Source of the DNA: an uncultured delta proteobacterium
GTDB lineage: Bacteria > Myxococcota > Myxococcia > Myxococcales > Myxococcaceae
Direction: 5' to 3'
Assembly: GCA_963776345.1 (NCBI GenBank)
Contig: CAVZMH010000016.1
Span: 416,001 to 480,000 of the forward strand
DNA length: 64,000 nucleotides
Under the pieces are notes generated by a model. That model had not been told where the DNA came from and ran no database searches. It worked only from the letters and a program-made list of their open reading frames with translations. The translations under genes and the position numbers were made by a program. This document shows positions 49,677-60,124 of the stretch, piece after piece; position 1 is the first letter of the stretch, and the number at the start of each line of letters is the position of its first letter.

Positions 49677-49901
49677 TCGCCTGGGACGCGCCTCGTCGGA
49701 GAGCGGATCGGGCGGAGCGAACCCCTGGCCGCGGGGAGCAGCGGGCGCTTCTAACCCCCGTGAACCTCGGCGGTGAGCTCCGGCGGGCAGTCTCGCCGCC
49801 TCAAGCCTTCGCCTCTCTCCCAATCCGCGCGACGCCCCCGCGGCGCGTCTCTACAATCCCCGCTCGAGCCCTCGGCCGGTCCTCCCGATCGAGGCGAGAC
49901 C

Positions 49902-51941
49902 GTGCGGCGTTCGCGGACCATCGGAATCCACCGGGAGCCCGGGGCGATCGGCGCCCTTCGCCTGGCGATCGTCGCTGCCGCGGGCGTCGCCGGGCCGGCC
50001 CTCGCCTACGACAGCAACGGGCACAACGTCATCGAGGCCCTGGCCTACCGGACGCTGGCGGAAGGACACGCGGGGGTACCCGCCCGTCCGGACGTCCTCC
50101 GCGACCTGATCAACGACGGCGCCCTCGACACTCCGTGGTGCTTCGGACGGGGGAGTCCGCCCTCGGGCGAATGCCGTGACGCCCTGACCGAGAACCCCCT
50201 CCTCTTCTGGCCTGAGCCGGAGACCGACCGGCCGGACGCCTTCTTCCGGCGCCAGTTCAGCGACTCAGGCCAGTGCTTCCACTACATGGGGACGCTCACG
50301 GACGGCCTCACGGAGGTGCTTCCGGGCACGTCCATCCCTCGCGGCCTCGCGACGAGCGCCGTCGTCCGCTGCAACGATCTCCTCGACACCCTCCTGCGTC
50401 AGGTCGTCGTGGAAGGCGGCCCAGGCACCCGCCGCAGCGGCTTCGGGCTCTACGAGCTGATGCACGTCGTCGAGGACTCCTTCTCGTTTGCCCACGCGGA
50501 GCGGACGCCCGAGGGGATCGACTTCCTCCGCGTGTGGAAGCCGCTCGAGCGGATCGTCGGGCTCCCACCCGGGCGCCAGATCCCCGACGGCGTCTTCCAC
50601 CAGGGGTCCGACCACCGGGACAAGACGTACGTCGTCGAGGGAGGCGAGGCGGCGTGCGAGAAGCGCACCGGGCACCCGTACGACGTTCCGTTCGAGTGCC
50701 TCTCCGGAGAAGGAGACCGCGCGAGGCAAGCGGTCGTCGAGCTCCTCGTCGTGGTGCGGGATCTGCGCCTGGCGAAGCTCGCCGATCCGCCCGGGACGGA
50801 CACCCGGCCGGAGGCCTCTCCGGAGTGGCAGCAGTACCGGGCACGGTGGTTCAGCCCCGTCCATCCCTGCGAGGGGGCGGAGTGCGCCGTCCGCGAGCCC
50901 GCCGATCCGGTCCCCGGCAAGTACGCCTTCCTCGGGCTCGACATGCGCCTTGAGGGGCCGGGGACGTTCGAGGCCGTCGCGCGCGGCTCGGTCCTGCGCT
51001 TCGCCGAGGGGCTGAACCCCTTCGTGTATTCGGTGAGCGCGAGTCTCGGGTACCAGTACCGGAAGGATGGCGAGAGCGCCGGCGTCGCGGGGCTGGCCGT
51101 CGGACTCGTGTTGCCGGTGGGCCTCAGGGGCGCGCTCAGCCTCACGCCCGCGGAGATGCGCGTTCTCTTCGGAGGGGCCGGCGGCAGCTTCGAGCTGCTG
51201 ACCCGGTTCCTCCGGTTCGACTACCAGCTGGGCAACCGGCTCGTGCTCTCGATCGAGGCGCCGCTCGCCGTGAACTGGGTCGAGCCCAGCGCCCGCTGGT
51301 CGGTCGGGGTCGGGATCAGCGAGGGGCTCTTCTCCCCGCGCGTCGTCGGGGGCGGGACCCTTCTCCACCACGAGGACACGACGGAGCGGCAGGATGCGGA
51401 CTGGGTGCCACCGCCGGCACCCTACGGCCGACTCCAGGGCCGGAGAACCACGGTCGGCGTGCTCGCGGGAATCTCGGTGACGACCCGTCCCGCCGACGCC
51501 GTCGAGGGACGGGTCTACGGCCTGGGCTTGCTCGGCGCCGAGCTGACCTGGGATCGCGACCGCTGGGAAAGGCGCCATGCCTTCACCCCGGTCGTCCTGC
51601 TCTCGGCCGGCATCCGGAACACGGGGGGCAACTCGACCTACCTCACCGGGACGCTGGGCCTGGGCGTCCGCTGGTACTTCCTCGGGCCCCTCGGCCTCTC
51701 GGTCACGCCCATCCGCATCGAGGCTGGCCCGAAGATCCGCGGAACGAGCGAGACCGACACCTCCGCGGGCGTCCACGGGCCTGCGGGGAACGAGCACTAC
51801 CTCCTCGTCGGCTCGCGGGCGGGCATCGCGCTCCGCCTCGGCATCCTCGACCTGCTGGTCGACAGCCCGACGCTTGCCTGGACCTCGGACCCGTTCGGGG
51901 CGCACGAGATCCTCAGCTTCACCCTCGGCATTCGTCTCTGA
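49902..51941 (+). CDS. Large secreted hypothetical protein (His/Asp-rich N-domain plus beta-strand-rich C-region)
   Basis: Signal ending ALA-YDSNGH; FHYM; MHVVEDSFSFAH; alternating hydrophobic strands at the C-terminus. Confidence 0.6.
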   Translation: MRRSRTIGIHREPGAIGALRLAIVAAAGVAGPALAYDSNGHNVIEALAYRTLAEGHAGVPARPDVLRDLINDGALDTPWCFGRGSPPSGECRDALTENPLLFWPEPETDRPDAFFRRQFSDSGQCFHYMGTLTDGLTEVLPGTSIPRGLATSAVVRCNDLLDTLLRQVVVEGGPGTRRSGFGLYELMHVVEDSFSFAHAERTPEGIDFLRVWKPLERIVGLPPGRQIPDGVFHQGSDHRDKTYVVEGGEAACEKRTGHPYDVPFECLSGEGDRARQAVVELLVVVRDLRLAKLADPPGTDTRPEASPEWQQYRARWFSPVHPCEGAECAVREPADPVPGKYAFLGLDMRLEGPGTFEAVARGSVLRFAEGLNPFVYSVSASLGYQYRKDGESAGVAGLAVGLVLPVGLRGALSLTPAEMRVLFGGAGGSFELLTRFLRFDYQLGNRLVLSIEAPLAVNWVEPSARWSVGVGISEGLFSPRVVGGGTLLHHEDTTERQDADWVPPPAPYGRLQGRRTTVGVLAGISVTTRPADAVEGRVYGLGLLGAELTWDRDRWERRHAFTPVVLLSAGIRNTGGNSTYLTGTLGLGVRWYFLGPLGLSVTPIRIEAGPKIRGTSETDTSAGVHGPAGNEHYLLVGSRAGIALRLGILDLLVDSPTLAWTSDPFGAHEILSFTLGIRL

Positions 51942-52073
51942 CCGCCGAGGGCGGCGCAGTGGGTGCGCCTGGAGGAGGGGGCGGCGATCGTTGGCGTCAT
52001 CGACACCCCGCCCACGCAGGCCTACTCTGATTCCGGTGAGTTCACTGGACTGAGCTCGCCGGGAGGGACCGCC

Positions 52074-53132
52074 ATGAACGCAGGCACGTTGACCCTGCTG
52101 GTGGGTCTGGCCCTGGCGGCAGGACCTCCGGCCCGGGGAAGCGACGACGTCCAGAAGAAGGCGCAGGCGCGGTTCAAGCCCATCCCGCCGAGGGCCCCGG
52201 AGTCGAAGCAGAACCCGTCCAGCCCGTCGAAGGTCGAGCTGGGCCGGATGCTCTACTTCGATCCTCGACTCTCGGCGTCGCAGCTCATCAGCTGCAACAC
52301 CTGCCACAATCTCAGCCTCGGCGGTGCCGATCTCCAGGAGACCTCCACCGGTCATGGCTGGCAGAAGGGACCGCGCAATGCGCCCACGGTGCTCAATGCC
52401 GTCTTTAACGTCGCCCAGTTCTGGGACGGCCGCGCCGAGGACCTGAGGGCCCAGGCCAAGGGGCCAGTGCAAGCCTCGGTGGAGATGGCCAACAGCCCAC
52501 AGCGCGTGGTGGAGACGCTGAAGAGCATCGCGGGGTACGCGCGGCTCTTCCAGAAGGCCTTCGCTGGAGAAGAGGACCCGATCACCTTCGACAACGTCGT
52601 GCGCGCCATCGAGGTCTTCGAGGCGACCCTGCTCACCCCCGATGCGCCCTTCGACCGATACTTGAAGGGAGACCGCAAGGCCATCGGGCCGGTGGAGGAG
52701 GCGGGGCTTGCCCTCTTCATCGAGAAGGGCTGCGTCAAGTGCCACGACGGCGTCAACGTCGGCGGCAGTGACTACGATTCCTTCGGGGTGGTGGAGGCGC
52801 CATCGGACGAGGTGCGGCCGCCCGGAGACACCGGCCGGTTCAGGGTGACGAACACCGCCGCCGACCGGTATGTCTTTCGCGCCGCCCCGCTTCGCAACGT
52901 CGCCATCACGCAGCCCTACTTCCACTCGGGCAAGGTCTGGAAGCTGGAGGACGCAGTGAGGGTCATGGGCTCGGCCCAGCTCGGGGTGGGCCTCACCGAA
53001 GCCGAGATCGCCCAGATCACCGCGTTCCTCCGGACGCTCACCGGCCGGCAGCCGAAGGTCGAGAACCCGCTCCTGCCGCCAAGCTCCGACACGACGCCGC
53101 GGCCCCAGCTCCGGGTGACGCCGACCGGTTGA
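52074..53132 (+). CDS. ccp: Di-heme cytochrome c peroxidase
   Basis: LGRMLYFDPRLS, SCNTCH, RNAPTVLNA, QFWDGRA, CVKCH, LRNVAITQPYFHSG. Confidence 0.93.
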   Translation: MNAGTLTLLVGLALAAGPPARGSDDVQKKAQARFKPIPPRAPESKQNPSSPSKVELGRMLYFDPRLSASQLISCNTCHNLSLGGADLQETSTGHGWQKGPRNAPTVLNAVFNVAQFWDGRAEDLRAQAKGPVQASVEMANSPQRVVETLKSIAGYARLFQKAFAGEEDPITFDNVVRAIEVFEATLLTPDAPFDRYLKGDRKAIGPVEEAGLALFIEKGCVKCHDGVNVGGSDYDSFGVVEAPSDEVRPPGDTGRFRVTNTAADRYVFRAAPLRNVAITQPYFHSGKVWKLEDAVRVMGSAQLGVGLTEAEIAQITAFLRTLTGRQPKVENPLLPPSSDTTPRPQLRVTPTG

Positions 53133-53207
53133 TTGGCCGCCGCGCGGGGTCCACCGGCGATTGTAATGCCCCCGCCGTATGCCCAGACCTGCGACTCCGA
53201 AAACCCT

Positions 53208-53279
53208 TGGGCGCAGCAGGGTTTGAACCTGCGACCCCTGCCGTGTGAAGGCAGTGCTCTACCGCTGAGCTATACGCCC
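53208..53279 (-). tRNA. tRNA-Val(CAC)
   Basis: GGGCGTA TAGCTCAGCGGTAGAGC A CTGCC TTCACAC GGCAG ... GGTTCAAACC ... TGCGCCC A; CCA not encoded. Confidence 0.96.
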
Positions 53280-53326
53280 GGACTGCAAGGGCGGCATACG
53301 TGCCAGACCGCGCCCTCGCCTGTCAA

Positions 53327-53614
53327 TCACCGCGGGGACGGGTTCAGCAGCCGGTCCACCCGGTCCTCGAGCTCGCGGGTCCGCCGCTTGAGCGACGAGA
53401 GCTGCTTCCCCATCTTCCCGAAGTCGCTCTTCGCCGCCAGCTGGAACGCGTGCATCAGCTCCTCCTGGCCCCGGTCCAGCGCCCTCTTCCCGCGCTGCAC
53501 GCTGCCGATGGCCTGGGCCACCCACTGGGCCCGCTGCTCGTCCGCCATCAGCCGCTCGAACGCCTTCTGGGACAACCCCAGCGCCTGCGCGCGCAAGCTC
53601 CGCCGTCCAGCCAT
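53327..53614 (-). CDS. Small coiled-coil hypothetical protein
   Basis: GAGGAG RBS; amphipathic helices ending LSSLKRRTRELEDRVDRL. Confidence 0.6.
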   Translation of the reverse strand: MAGRRSLRAQALGLSQKAFERLMADEQRAQWVAQAIGSVQRGKRALDRGQEELMHAFQLAAKSDFGKMGKQLSSLKRRTRELEDRVDRLLNPSPR

Positions 53615-53622
53615 TGCGCTCC

Positions 53623-54045
53623 TCACTCGTCGATGAACCGGGTCTCCAGCCGACGGAGCACCCGGGTCGCGATGTCCTTGTAGCGCATCCGCTCGAGGAT
53701 GGGCTGCACGTCGCCCTCGATCCGGAGCTGCCGCTGGAGGATCGCCTGCACCGGGTCCACCCTGCCGAGCAGGAGCCCCTTCCACACCGAGTACGGCGCG
53801 CGGACCCGGTACGCCGGCTCGAGCTCGTCCAGGTCGTCCGGGTCGACCAGCACGCGCAGCTCGGCGATCCGCCCCGCCTCGGGCCGCACCCAGGCCACGA
53901 AGTGCTTCTCGAGCCTCCCGGCCTCGGCCTCGATGACCAGGCCGAAGTCGCCCGCCCAGCCGCGGGCGGCCTCCACGCTCTCCGGGTCGGCGTTCACCAT
54001 CGCCATGGCCGCCTCGGCCCAGCCGCGGGAGGGGAAGACCGGCAT
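53623..54045 (-). CDS. SCP2 sterol/lipid-binding domain protein
   Basis: FPSRGW...VN.D, APYSVWK.L..G.VDPVQAIL...L.IEGD. Confidence 0.8.
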   Translation of the reverse strand: MPVFPSRGWAEAAMAMVNADPESVEAARGWAGDFGLVIEAEAGRLEKHFVAWVRPEAGRIAELRVLVDPDDLDELEPAYRVRAPYSVWKGLLLGRVDPVQAILQRQLRIEGDVQPILERMRYKDIATRVLRRLETRFIDE

Positions 54046-54059
54046 CGCCCGGGTCTACC

Positions 54060-54146
54060 TCAGTCCCCCGCACCAGGGGGACGCCTTCGGAAGCGCGCAG
54101 GGGCGCGCCGGCGACCGGGCTCAGTCCCCCGCACCAGAGGGACGCC
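54060..54146. repeat. REP-like unit (61-bp period, about 1.5 copies), same family as 7936-8048
   Basis: TCAGTCCCCCGCACCAGGGGGACGCCTTCGGAAGCGCGC-AGGG-GCGCGCCGGCGACCGGGC, then TCAGTCCCCCGCACCAGAGGGACGCC. Confidence 0.8.
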
Positions 54147-55753
54147 TAGTCGCGGCCGAGGATGCGCCGGATGCTCCGGAACAGACCGCTGTCGGTCTGC
54201 GCCGTGGGGCCCACCGGCCGCGCCCGCGCCGCCTTCTCCTCGGCCAGGAGCCGCTTCAGCGTGTCCGGCGTGTCCCGCGTCGCCAGGGCCACGTGGCGGG
54301 GGCCGCTGCTCAGCTCGACCACCACCTCCAGCAGGCACTCCTCGTTGAGCCGGAAGTCGATCCGCCGCCCCGCCGCCGAGGCCGGCACCTTCACCGTGCC
54401 CAGGTACTCGTTGTCCACGATGAACTCCGAGTCACCCTGGAAGATGTCCAGCTCGATGACCGGGCTGTCCTCCCTGGGCCCCGGGAGCCGGAAGCTGGTG
54501 GTCAGGGGGATGACCGAGTTCTTGTCGATGATCTTCCGGAACCGCCCGTTGGGCATCGCGAACCCGATGGGCATCGACAGCGCGTCGAGCAAGGTCACCG
54601 CGTCGATGTTCCCCAGCGACTCGGCGAGCAGCGCCGCCCCCAGCGCCACCGACTCGTCCGGGTGCACGCCCTTGCGCGGCGGCTTCCCGAAGTGCCGGGC
54701 GATCTCCTGCTGGACCAGCGGCATGCGCGACTGGCCACCCACCAGGATGATCTCGTCGATGCTCGGCTTGTCGATGCCCTTGTCCGCCAGCACCCGGTCG
54801 CAGAGGTCGAAGGTTCGGTCCACCAGGTCGCGGGTCAGGGTGTTCAGCTGCTCGCGCGACAGCGGGATGCGGAGGTCCAGCGGCTTGCCCTTCCGCTCCT
54901 CGATGTAGGGCAGCTCGATCACCACGTTGGGAATGAGCGTGAGGTCGATCTTCGCCGCCTCGGCAGCGTTCTTGATCCGCTGCATGGCGATCGGGTTCTG
55001 GCTCAGGTCCACCCGGGTCTGCTGCTGGAAGGTCTCCAGCACGTAGTCGATGATCCGGTTGTCGAAGTCCACGCCGCCGAGGAAGGTGTCGCCGCCGGTG
55101 GCCAGCACCTCGAACACGTTGCCGGTGATCTGCAGCACCGACACGTCGAACGTGCCGCCGCCCAGGTCGTAGACCAGGACGGTCTGGTCCAGGCCGCGGT
55201 TGAAGCCGTAGGCCAGCGCCGCCGCGGTGGGCTCGTTGACGATGCGCTTCACCTCGAAGCCCGCCAGCCGCCCGGCCTCCTTCACCGCCGCTCGCTGCAG
55301 ATCGTTGTAGTACGCGGGCACCGAGATGACCGCCTCGGGGCACGGCACGCCCAGGAACTGCTCCGAGATGCGCTTGGCGTGGCCGAGGATGAATGCGCCG
55401 ACCTCCTCGAGCGAGTAGTTCGTCCCGCCGAGGTTCACCGCCACGTCGCCCTTCTTGCCCTCGCGGATGTCGTAGGTGAAGTACTCCTTGAGCTCCTGCA
55501 CCACCCGGCTGGCGTACTGCCGGCCGATCAGCCGCTTGGTCCCGTAGATGGTGTTCTTCGGGTTCACCACCATCTGGTCCTTGGCCATCTTGCCGACCAG
55601 GAGATCTCCCTTCTCGCTCAGCGCCACCACCGACGGCAGCACGAGGTTGCCCCGGTCCGTGGGCACCACCTTGGGGATGCGATTGCGCACCGAGGCCACC
55701 AGGGTGTTGGTGGTCCCGAGGTCGATCCCGACGATGCGCGGCTTCTCGGACAT
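54146..55753 (-). CDS. Hsp70-family (DnaK-like) paralogue lacking the helical lid
   Basis: [42 protein letters not shown]; only about 535 aa. Confidence 0.9.
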   Translation of the reverse strand: MSEKPRIVGIDLGTTNTLVASVRNRIPKVVPTDRGNLVLPSVVALSEKGDLLVGKMAKDQMVVNPKNTIYGTKRLIGRQYASRVVQELKEYFTYDIREGKKGDVAVNLGGTNYSLEEVGAFILGHAKRISEQFLGVPCPEAVISVPAYYNDLQRAAVKEAGRLAGFEVKRIVNEPTAAALAYGFNRGLDQTVLVYDLGGGTFDVSVLQITGNVFEVLATGGDTFLGGVDFDNRIIDYVLETFQQQTRVDLSQNPIAMQRIKNAAEAAKIDLTLIPNVVIELPYIEERKGKPLDLRIPLSREQLNTLTRDLVDRTFDLCDRVLADKGIDKPSIDEIILVGGQSRMPLVQQEIARHFGKPPRKGVHPDESVALGAALLAESLGNIDAVTLLDALSMPIGFAMPNGRFRKIIDKNSVIPLTTSFRLPGPREDSPVIELDIFQGDSEFIVDNEYLGTVKVPASAAGRRIDFRLNEECLLEVVVELSSGPRHVALATRDTPDTLKRLLAEEKAARARPVGPTAQTDSGLFRSIRRILGRD

Positions 55754-55858
55754 GGGCTGACCCACTCGACTTTACTGGGGAGAACGCCACCCTCCAACAG
55801 CCGCCCCCGGGGGCTTTCTTGACGGGCCTCTGGCCCCCGTCACGATGGGCAGCTACCC

Positions 55859-56575
55859 GTGTCCCGTCCCCTCGCCGCCTGCGCCCTGCTCGTGTGCGCC
55901 GCATGCGCCACCACCCGCCCAGGTGCTCCTCCGACCCCCGTCGCCGGGGAGCCCTCGGTCCAGGTTGACCCGGCGGCCAGCGTCGAGACGCGTTGGCGGG
56001 TGGTGGCCACCGCCCGCCGCCTCCTGGGCCAGACCTCGGTGCAGTGGCCCGGGCAACGCTTCCCGGACGATTGCAGCGGGCTGGTGCTGGGGGTGTACGC
56101 CAGCGTCGGAGTGCCGCTCACCGGCTCCGCCCGCCCCGGCGACAGCGGCGTCACCGCCGTGTGGCGGTGGACCTCGGCGCGGGGACGACTCTTCCGCACC
56201 GGGCACCCGGACCCGGGAGATCTCGTGTTCTTCCACGACACCTACGACCGCGACCACGACGGCAAGGTCGACGACGGCCTCACCCACATCGCGCTCGTGG
56301 AGAGCGTGGACGCCGACGGGACGATCTCCATCATCCACCGGGTCAGCCGCGGGGTGATGCGTTACCGCATGAACCTCGAGCGCCCGGCGCTGCGGACCGA
56401 CCCGGGCTCCGGCCGGGTGCTCAACGACTGGCTCCGCGGCTCGTCGGGCAGGGGTCGGCCGGTGCTCACCGGGCAGCTCTTCGCGGCCTTCGGCGCCGTG
56501 CTCCCGCCCGCTCCCGAAGGGGTCCGCTCGCCGCTCCCGGTGCTCTCGCCGCAGCCCCGCGGCGGCGACATCTAG
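55859..56575 (+). CDS. NlpC/P60 (CHAP-like) lipoprotein
   Basis: Lipobox CAAC; DCSGLV, PGDLVFF, THIALV. Confidence 0.85.
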   Translation: MSRPLAACALLVCAACATTRPGAPPTPVAGEPSVQVDPAASVETRWRVVATARRLLGQTSVQWPGQRFPDDCSGLVLGVYASVGVPLTGSARPGDSGVTAVWRWTSARGRLFRTGHPDPGDLVFFHDTYDRDHDGKVDDGLTHIALVESVDADGTISIIHRVSRGVMRYRMNLERPALRTDPGSGRVLNDWLRGSSGRGRPVLTGQLFAAFGAVLPPAPEGVRSPLPVLSPQPRGGDI

Positions 56576-56594
56576 AGGGCCTCGGCCGGGACGA

Positions 56595-58325
56595 TCACTT
56601 CGGGCGCTCCTGATCGATCAGCGCCTGCGCCAGGACGTGCCTCGGGTTCAGCGCCACCACGGCGTCGAGCTTGGAGAGGGCGGCGTCCTTCTGGCGGAGG
56701 GTGAGGAGCAGCCGGCCGGCGAGGACGTACGGCCGGATGAAGGTCGAGTCGTGGGACACCAGCTCGTTCATCGACTTCACCGCCTGCTCCATGCTGTCGG
56801 GGGGCGGGCTCTTGATGCTCAGCACGTACTCGGCATAGGCGACCTCGGCCCAGCCGTCACGGCCGCCGAGCTGCCGGTACCGCTCCCCATCGGAGATGGC
56901 GCGGTCCGCCCGGCCCGCGACCCCGGCGAAGACTGCATCCGCGCGCACGCGGGCCCGCTCGTCGTCCTCGTTCCCCGGCGGCAGCCGGTTCAGCGCGTCG
57001 CGGGTGGCGTTCAGCTTGGACTCCAGCCCGTTCACCGCGTCCACCATCGGGTCGGTCTGCTTCTTCAGCTGGTCGAGGCGCACCCTGGCCGCGTCCGCCT
57101 GGGCCTTCCAGTCGGCCGGCGTGCGCTCGGCCTCGAGCCGGGCGAGCTGCGTCCTCAGGGTCTCGGCGTCGTTGAGGCCACGGCGGAGCAGCGCCCGCTG
57201 GTCGTCGAGCTCCAGCGTCTGGGCGAGCGCCTGGGTGGCGCGCGCGCCCACCCACTGGGGGTACCGGGCCACCAGTGCGTCGAGCACCTTGAGCGCGCTC
57301 GCCCGCGACTGCGGGTCGTCCCGCCGGAGCAGCGCGAAGGCGGCGTCCCGATCGGCCTTGATGGACACGGGCACGGCGGGCCGGCCACTGAACCAGCTCC
57401 AGCCGGCGTACCCCAGGCCCCCGAGAAGCAGGACGGCCACGATGCTCCAGATCCCCCGCTGGTTCCTGCGCCGGAGCTGCTGCGCGAGCGCGCGCTCCGC
57501 CGGATCCGGCCGCGTGGGACGGCTCGTCCCCATGCCGGGCACCGGAAGCGGCTCGGCCCCGGCCCCCGGCAGGTCCAGCGACGGAGCGCCGCCGGCCAGG
57601 AGCTCGTCCTCGGGCATCGGCGGCAGGTCGAGACCCGATGAGGGTCCGGGCTCGGCCGCCGCGCCCCCGAACACCGCCGCCCGCATCGGCGAAGACGGCG
57701 GCGCGGGTGGAGGCCCGGCGCCCGGCGCGGCGGCGCCGCCGAACACCTGGGTCCGCGCCGTCGGGGGAGGCTCGGACGGGGCTCCGCCCCGGGCCGCGCC
57801 GCCGCCGAAGACCTGGGTCCGCGCGGAGGGCTCGGGCGCCGGCCGGCCGGCGCTCGCCGTCGGGGAGGGCTGGAGCGGTCCCCCGAACACCTGGGTCCGG
57901 TTGGCGGGCGCGGGAGCCAATCCGGCGCCGGGCAGGGGAGCGGCCGCGCTCGCGCCGAAGACCTGGGTCCGCGCTGCCTCGGCGGTGCCGGAGCCGAAGA
58001 CCTGGGTGCGGTTGGCGCCAGGAGCCGAGGGTGGCGGCGGGGCGGCCGCGGGCCCGGCGCCGAAGACCTGGGTGGAGGCCGACGGCGGCGGGCTCTGGCC
58101 GTACGCCTCCGTCCGGATGGGTCCCGCGGTGCGGGCCGCGCTCCCGAAGGGCAAGGTCCCCGAGGGTGGCCCGGCCTGCTGTCCCTGGCCCGGAGGCGCC
58201 TCGCCCCCGCGCTGCGCGGTGAACACCAGCCCGCAGCGGGTGCACTGGACCGGCGCTCCCCCCGTGGGGACCAGCCGATCATCCAGCGCGTAGCGGGTGT
58301 GGCAGTTGGGACAGGCGATCTGCAC
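56595..58325 (-). CDS. Zinc-ribbon (MJ0042-type) bitopic membrane protein with RTQVFG repeats and a helical/TPR C-terminus
   Basis: MQIACPNC.TRY.L...VQCTRCG.VF; Pro/Ala/Gly linker; one TM. Confidence 0.82.
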   Translation of the reverse strand: MQIACPNCHTRYALDDRLVPTGGAPVQCTRCGLVFTAQRGGEAPPGQGQQAGPPSGTLPFGSAARTAGPIRTEAYGQSPPPSASTQVFGAGPAAAPPPPSAPGANRTQVFGSGTAEAARTQVFGASAAAPLPGAGLAPAPANRTQVFGGPLQPSPTASAGRPAPEPSARTQVFGGGAARGGAPSEPPPTARTQVFGGAAAPGAGPPPAPPSSPMRAAVFGGAAAEPGPSSGLDLPPMPEDELLAGGAPSLDLPGAGAEPLPVPGMGTSRPTRPDPAERALAQQLRRRNQRGIWSIVAVLLLGGLGYAGWSWFSGRPAVPVSIKADRDAAFALLRRDDPQSRASALKVLDALVARYPQWVGARATQALAQTLELDDQRALLRRGLNDAETLRTQLARLEAERTPADWKAQADAARVRLDQLKKQTDPMVDAVNGLESKLNATRDALNRLPPGNEDDERARVRADAVFAGVAGRADRAISDGERYRQLGGRDGWAEVAYAEYVLSIKSPPPDSMEQAVKSMNELVSHDSTFIRPYVLAGRLLLTLRQKDAALSKLDAVVALNPRHVLAQALIDQERPK

Positions 58326-58358
58326 GGAGCGCGGGCGGAAGCGTTAGCAGGAAAGGTT

Positions 58359-58751
58359 TCAGGGATCGAGTTCGGTCGCCTGCTGCAGTGTCCGGAGCCG
58401 GGCGGGGCCCACCCCCTTGACCGCGTCCACCGCGTCCCAGCTGCGGAAGGGCCGCGCCTGCACCAGCGCCCGGGCCGCCACCGGGCCCACCCCCGGGAGC
58501 CGCGCCAGGTCGGTCTCGTCCGCCCGGTTCAGCGGGAGCCGGAGGCCCAGCGCGACCCGGGCCGACGGAGGGGGCGGGCGTCCCAGGTCGCACCGGGCAT
58601 GGGCGAGCGGCCCCTCGCCGGACCACCGGATTCGCTCTGGTGGACAGCCCAGCGCCGCGGCCCCGTCGGGCCACCGCTCCTGGGTCCACCATCCGAGACC
58701 GAGCGCGCCGAGCACGGTGACCGCGAGCGCCGCCGTGCGCCCTCCCCTCAT
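58359..58751 (-). CDS. ComEA-like helix-hairpin-helix DNA-binding protein
   Basis: [20 protein letters not shown]...PF.SW...DAVKGVGP. Confidence 0.8.
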   Translation of the reverse strand: MRGGRTAALAVTVLGALGLGWWTQERWPDGAAALGCPPERIRWSGEGPLAHARCDLGRPPPPSARVALGLRLPLNRADETDLARLPGVGPVAARALVQARPFRSWDAVDAVKGVGPARLRTLQQATELDP

Positions 58752-59983
58752 CGCGCCGGAGCCGCCTCCGGCCGGTCCAGCCCGAACGCCGTGTGCAGCG
58801 CCCGCACCGCGAGCTCGGTGTACTTGGCGTGAATCACGCAGGAGACCTTGATCTCCGAGGTGGAGATCATCTGGATGTTGATGCCCTCCTTGCCGAGCAC
58901 CTCGAACATCCGCGCCGCGACGCCGGAGTGGTTCCGCATCCCGACGCCCACGATGGAGATCTTCGCGATCTGATCGTCGCTCTCCACCGCCCGCAGCCCC
59001 AGCTCGGGCACCAGCCGCTCCATCGCCTCGCGCGCCGAGGCGAAGTCCGCCCGGCCCACGGTGAAGCTCAGGTCGGCGCGGCCGTCCTGCTGGGCGGTCT
59101 GGATGATGAGGTCCACCACGATGGCCCGCTCGTCCAGCGCCCCGAAGATGCGGGCCGCCACCCCGGGCCGGTCCGGCACCCCGCGCAGCACCAGCTTGGC
59201 CTCGTTCCGGTCGTAGGTGATGCCGCTGACCAGCACGTCCTCCATCGCCGCGTCCTCCTCGCACACCAGCGTTCCCGGGTCGTCGGTGAAGGACGACCTC
59301 ACCCACAGCGGGACCCGGTACTTCATCGCGAACTCCACCGAGCGGATCTGCAGCACCTTCGCCCCGAGCGACGCCTCCTCCAGCATCTCCTCGTAGCTGA
59401 TGCGGTCCAGCTTCCGCGCCGCGGGGCACACGCTGGGGTCGGCGGTGTAGACCCCGTCGACGTCGGTGTAGATCTCGCAGCGCTCGGCGTGGAGCGCCGC
59501 GGCCAGCGCCACCGCGGTGGTGTCCGAGCCGCCCCGGCCGAGCGTGGTGACGTTCCCCGCCTGGTCGATGCCCTGGAACCCGGCGACCACCGCCACGTCG
59601 CCGCGGGCGAGCGCCGCGCGCAGCGGCTCCTCGTCGATGTGCTTGATGCGGGCCTTGCTGAACGTGCTGTCGGTCACGATGCGGCACTGGTGCGCGAGGA
59701 AGCTGCTCGCCTGCCCGCCCGCGGCCTGGATGGCCAGCGAGAGGAGACCGATGGTCACCTGCTCCCCGGTGGCCACCACCACGTCCTGCTCACGCTCGCT
59801 CGGCCGCTCGTTCAACGCCTGCACCAGCTTGAGCAGCCGGTTGGTCTCGCCCGACATCGCCGAGACCACCACCACCAGATCGTGCCCCGCCGCCCGCGCC
59901 TGGAGACACCGCCGTGCCACGGCCCGGATGCGATCCGGATCCGCCACCGACGTTCCCCCGTACTTCTGGACCCACAGTGCCAC
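58748..59983 (-). CDS. lysC: Aspartate kinase
   Basis: [35 protein letters not shown], two ACT domains, STSEIKVS. Confidence 0.96.
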   Translation of the reverse strand: MALWVQKYGGTSVADPDRIRAVARRCLQARAAGHDLVVVVSAMSGETNRLLKLVQALNERPSEREQDVVVATGEQVTIGLLSLAIQAAGGQASSFLAHQCRIVTDSTFSKARIKHIDEEPLRAALARGDVAVVAGFQGIDQAGNVTTLGRGGSDTTAVALAAALHAERCEIYTDVDGVYTADPSVCPAARKLDRISYEEMLEEASLGAKVLQIRSVEFAMKYRVPLWVRSSFTDDPGTLVCEEDAAMEDVLVSGITYDRNEAKLVLRGVPDRPGVAARIFGALDERAIVVDLIIQTAQQDGRADLSFTVGRADFASAREAMERLVPELGLRAVESDDQIAKISIVGVGMRNHSGVAARMFEVLGKEGINIQMISTSEIKVSCVIHAKYTELAVRALHTAFGLDRPEAAPAR

Positions 59984-60124
59984 CCGCGCTCCTTGCGATG
60001 TCCCGCCTGCAGCAGGCGCGCCCGCGCCTGATCGCTGGCGCGCGACTTGCGCGCTTCCGCAGGCGTGCCCCTGGTGCGAGCACCTTAGACGGAGAGCCGT
60101 GGCTCGGGGTACCTTCCGCCGCCC

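Noticed and set aside
26922..53207. Prophage, ICE or defence island
   Set aside because: No integrase, transposase, phage structural gene or recognisable defence gene was found.
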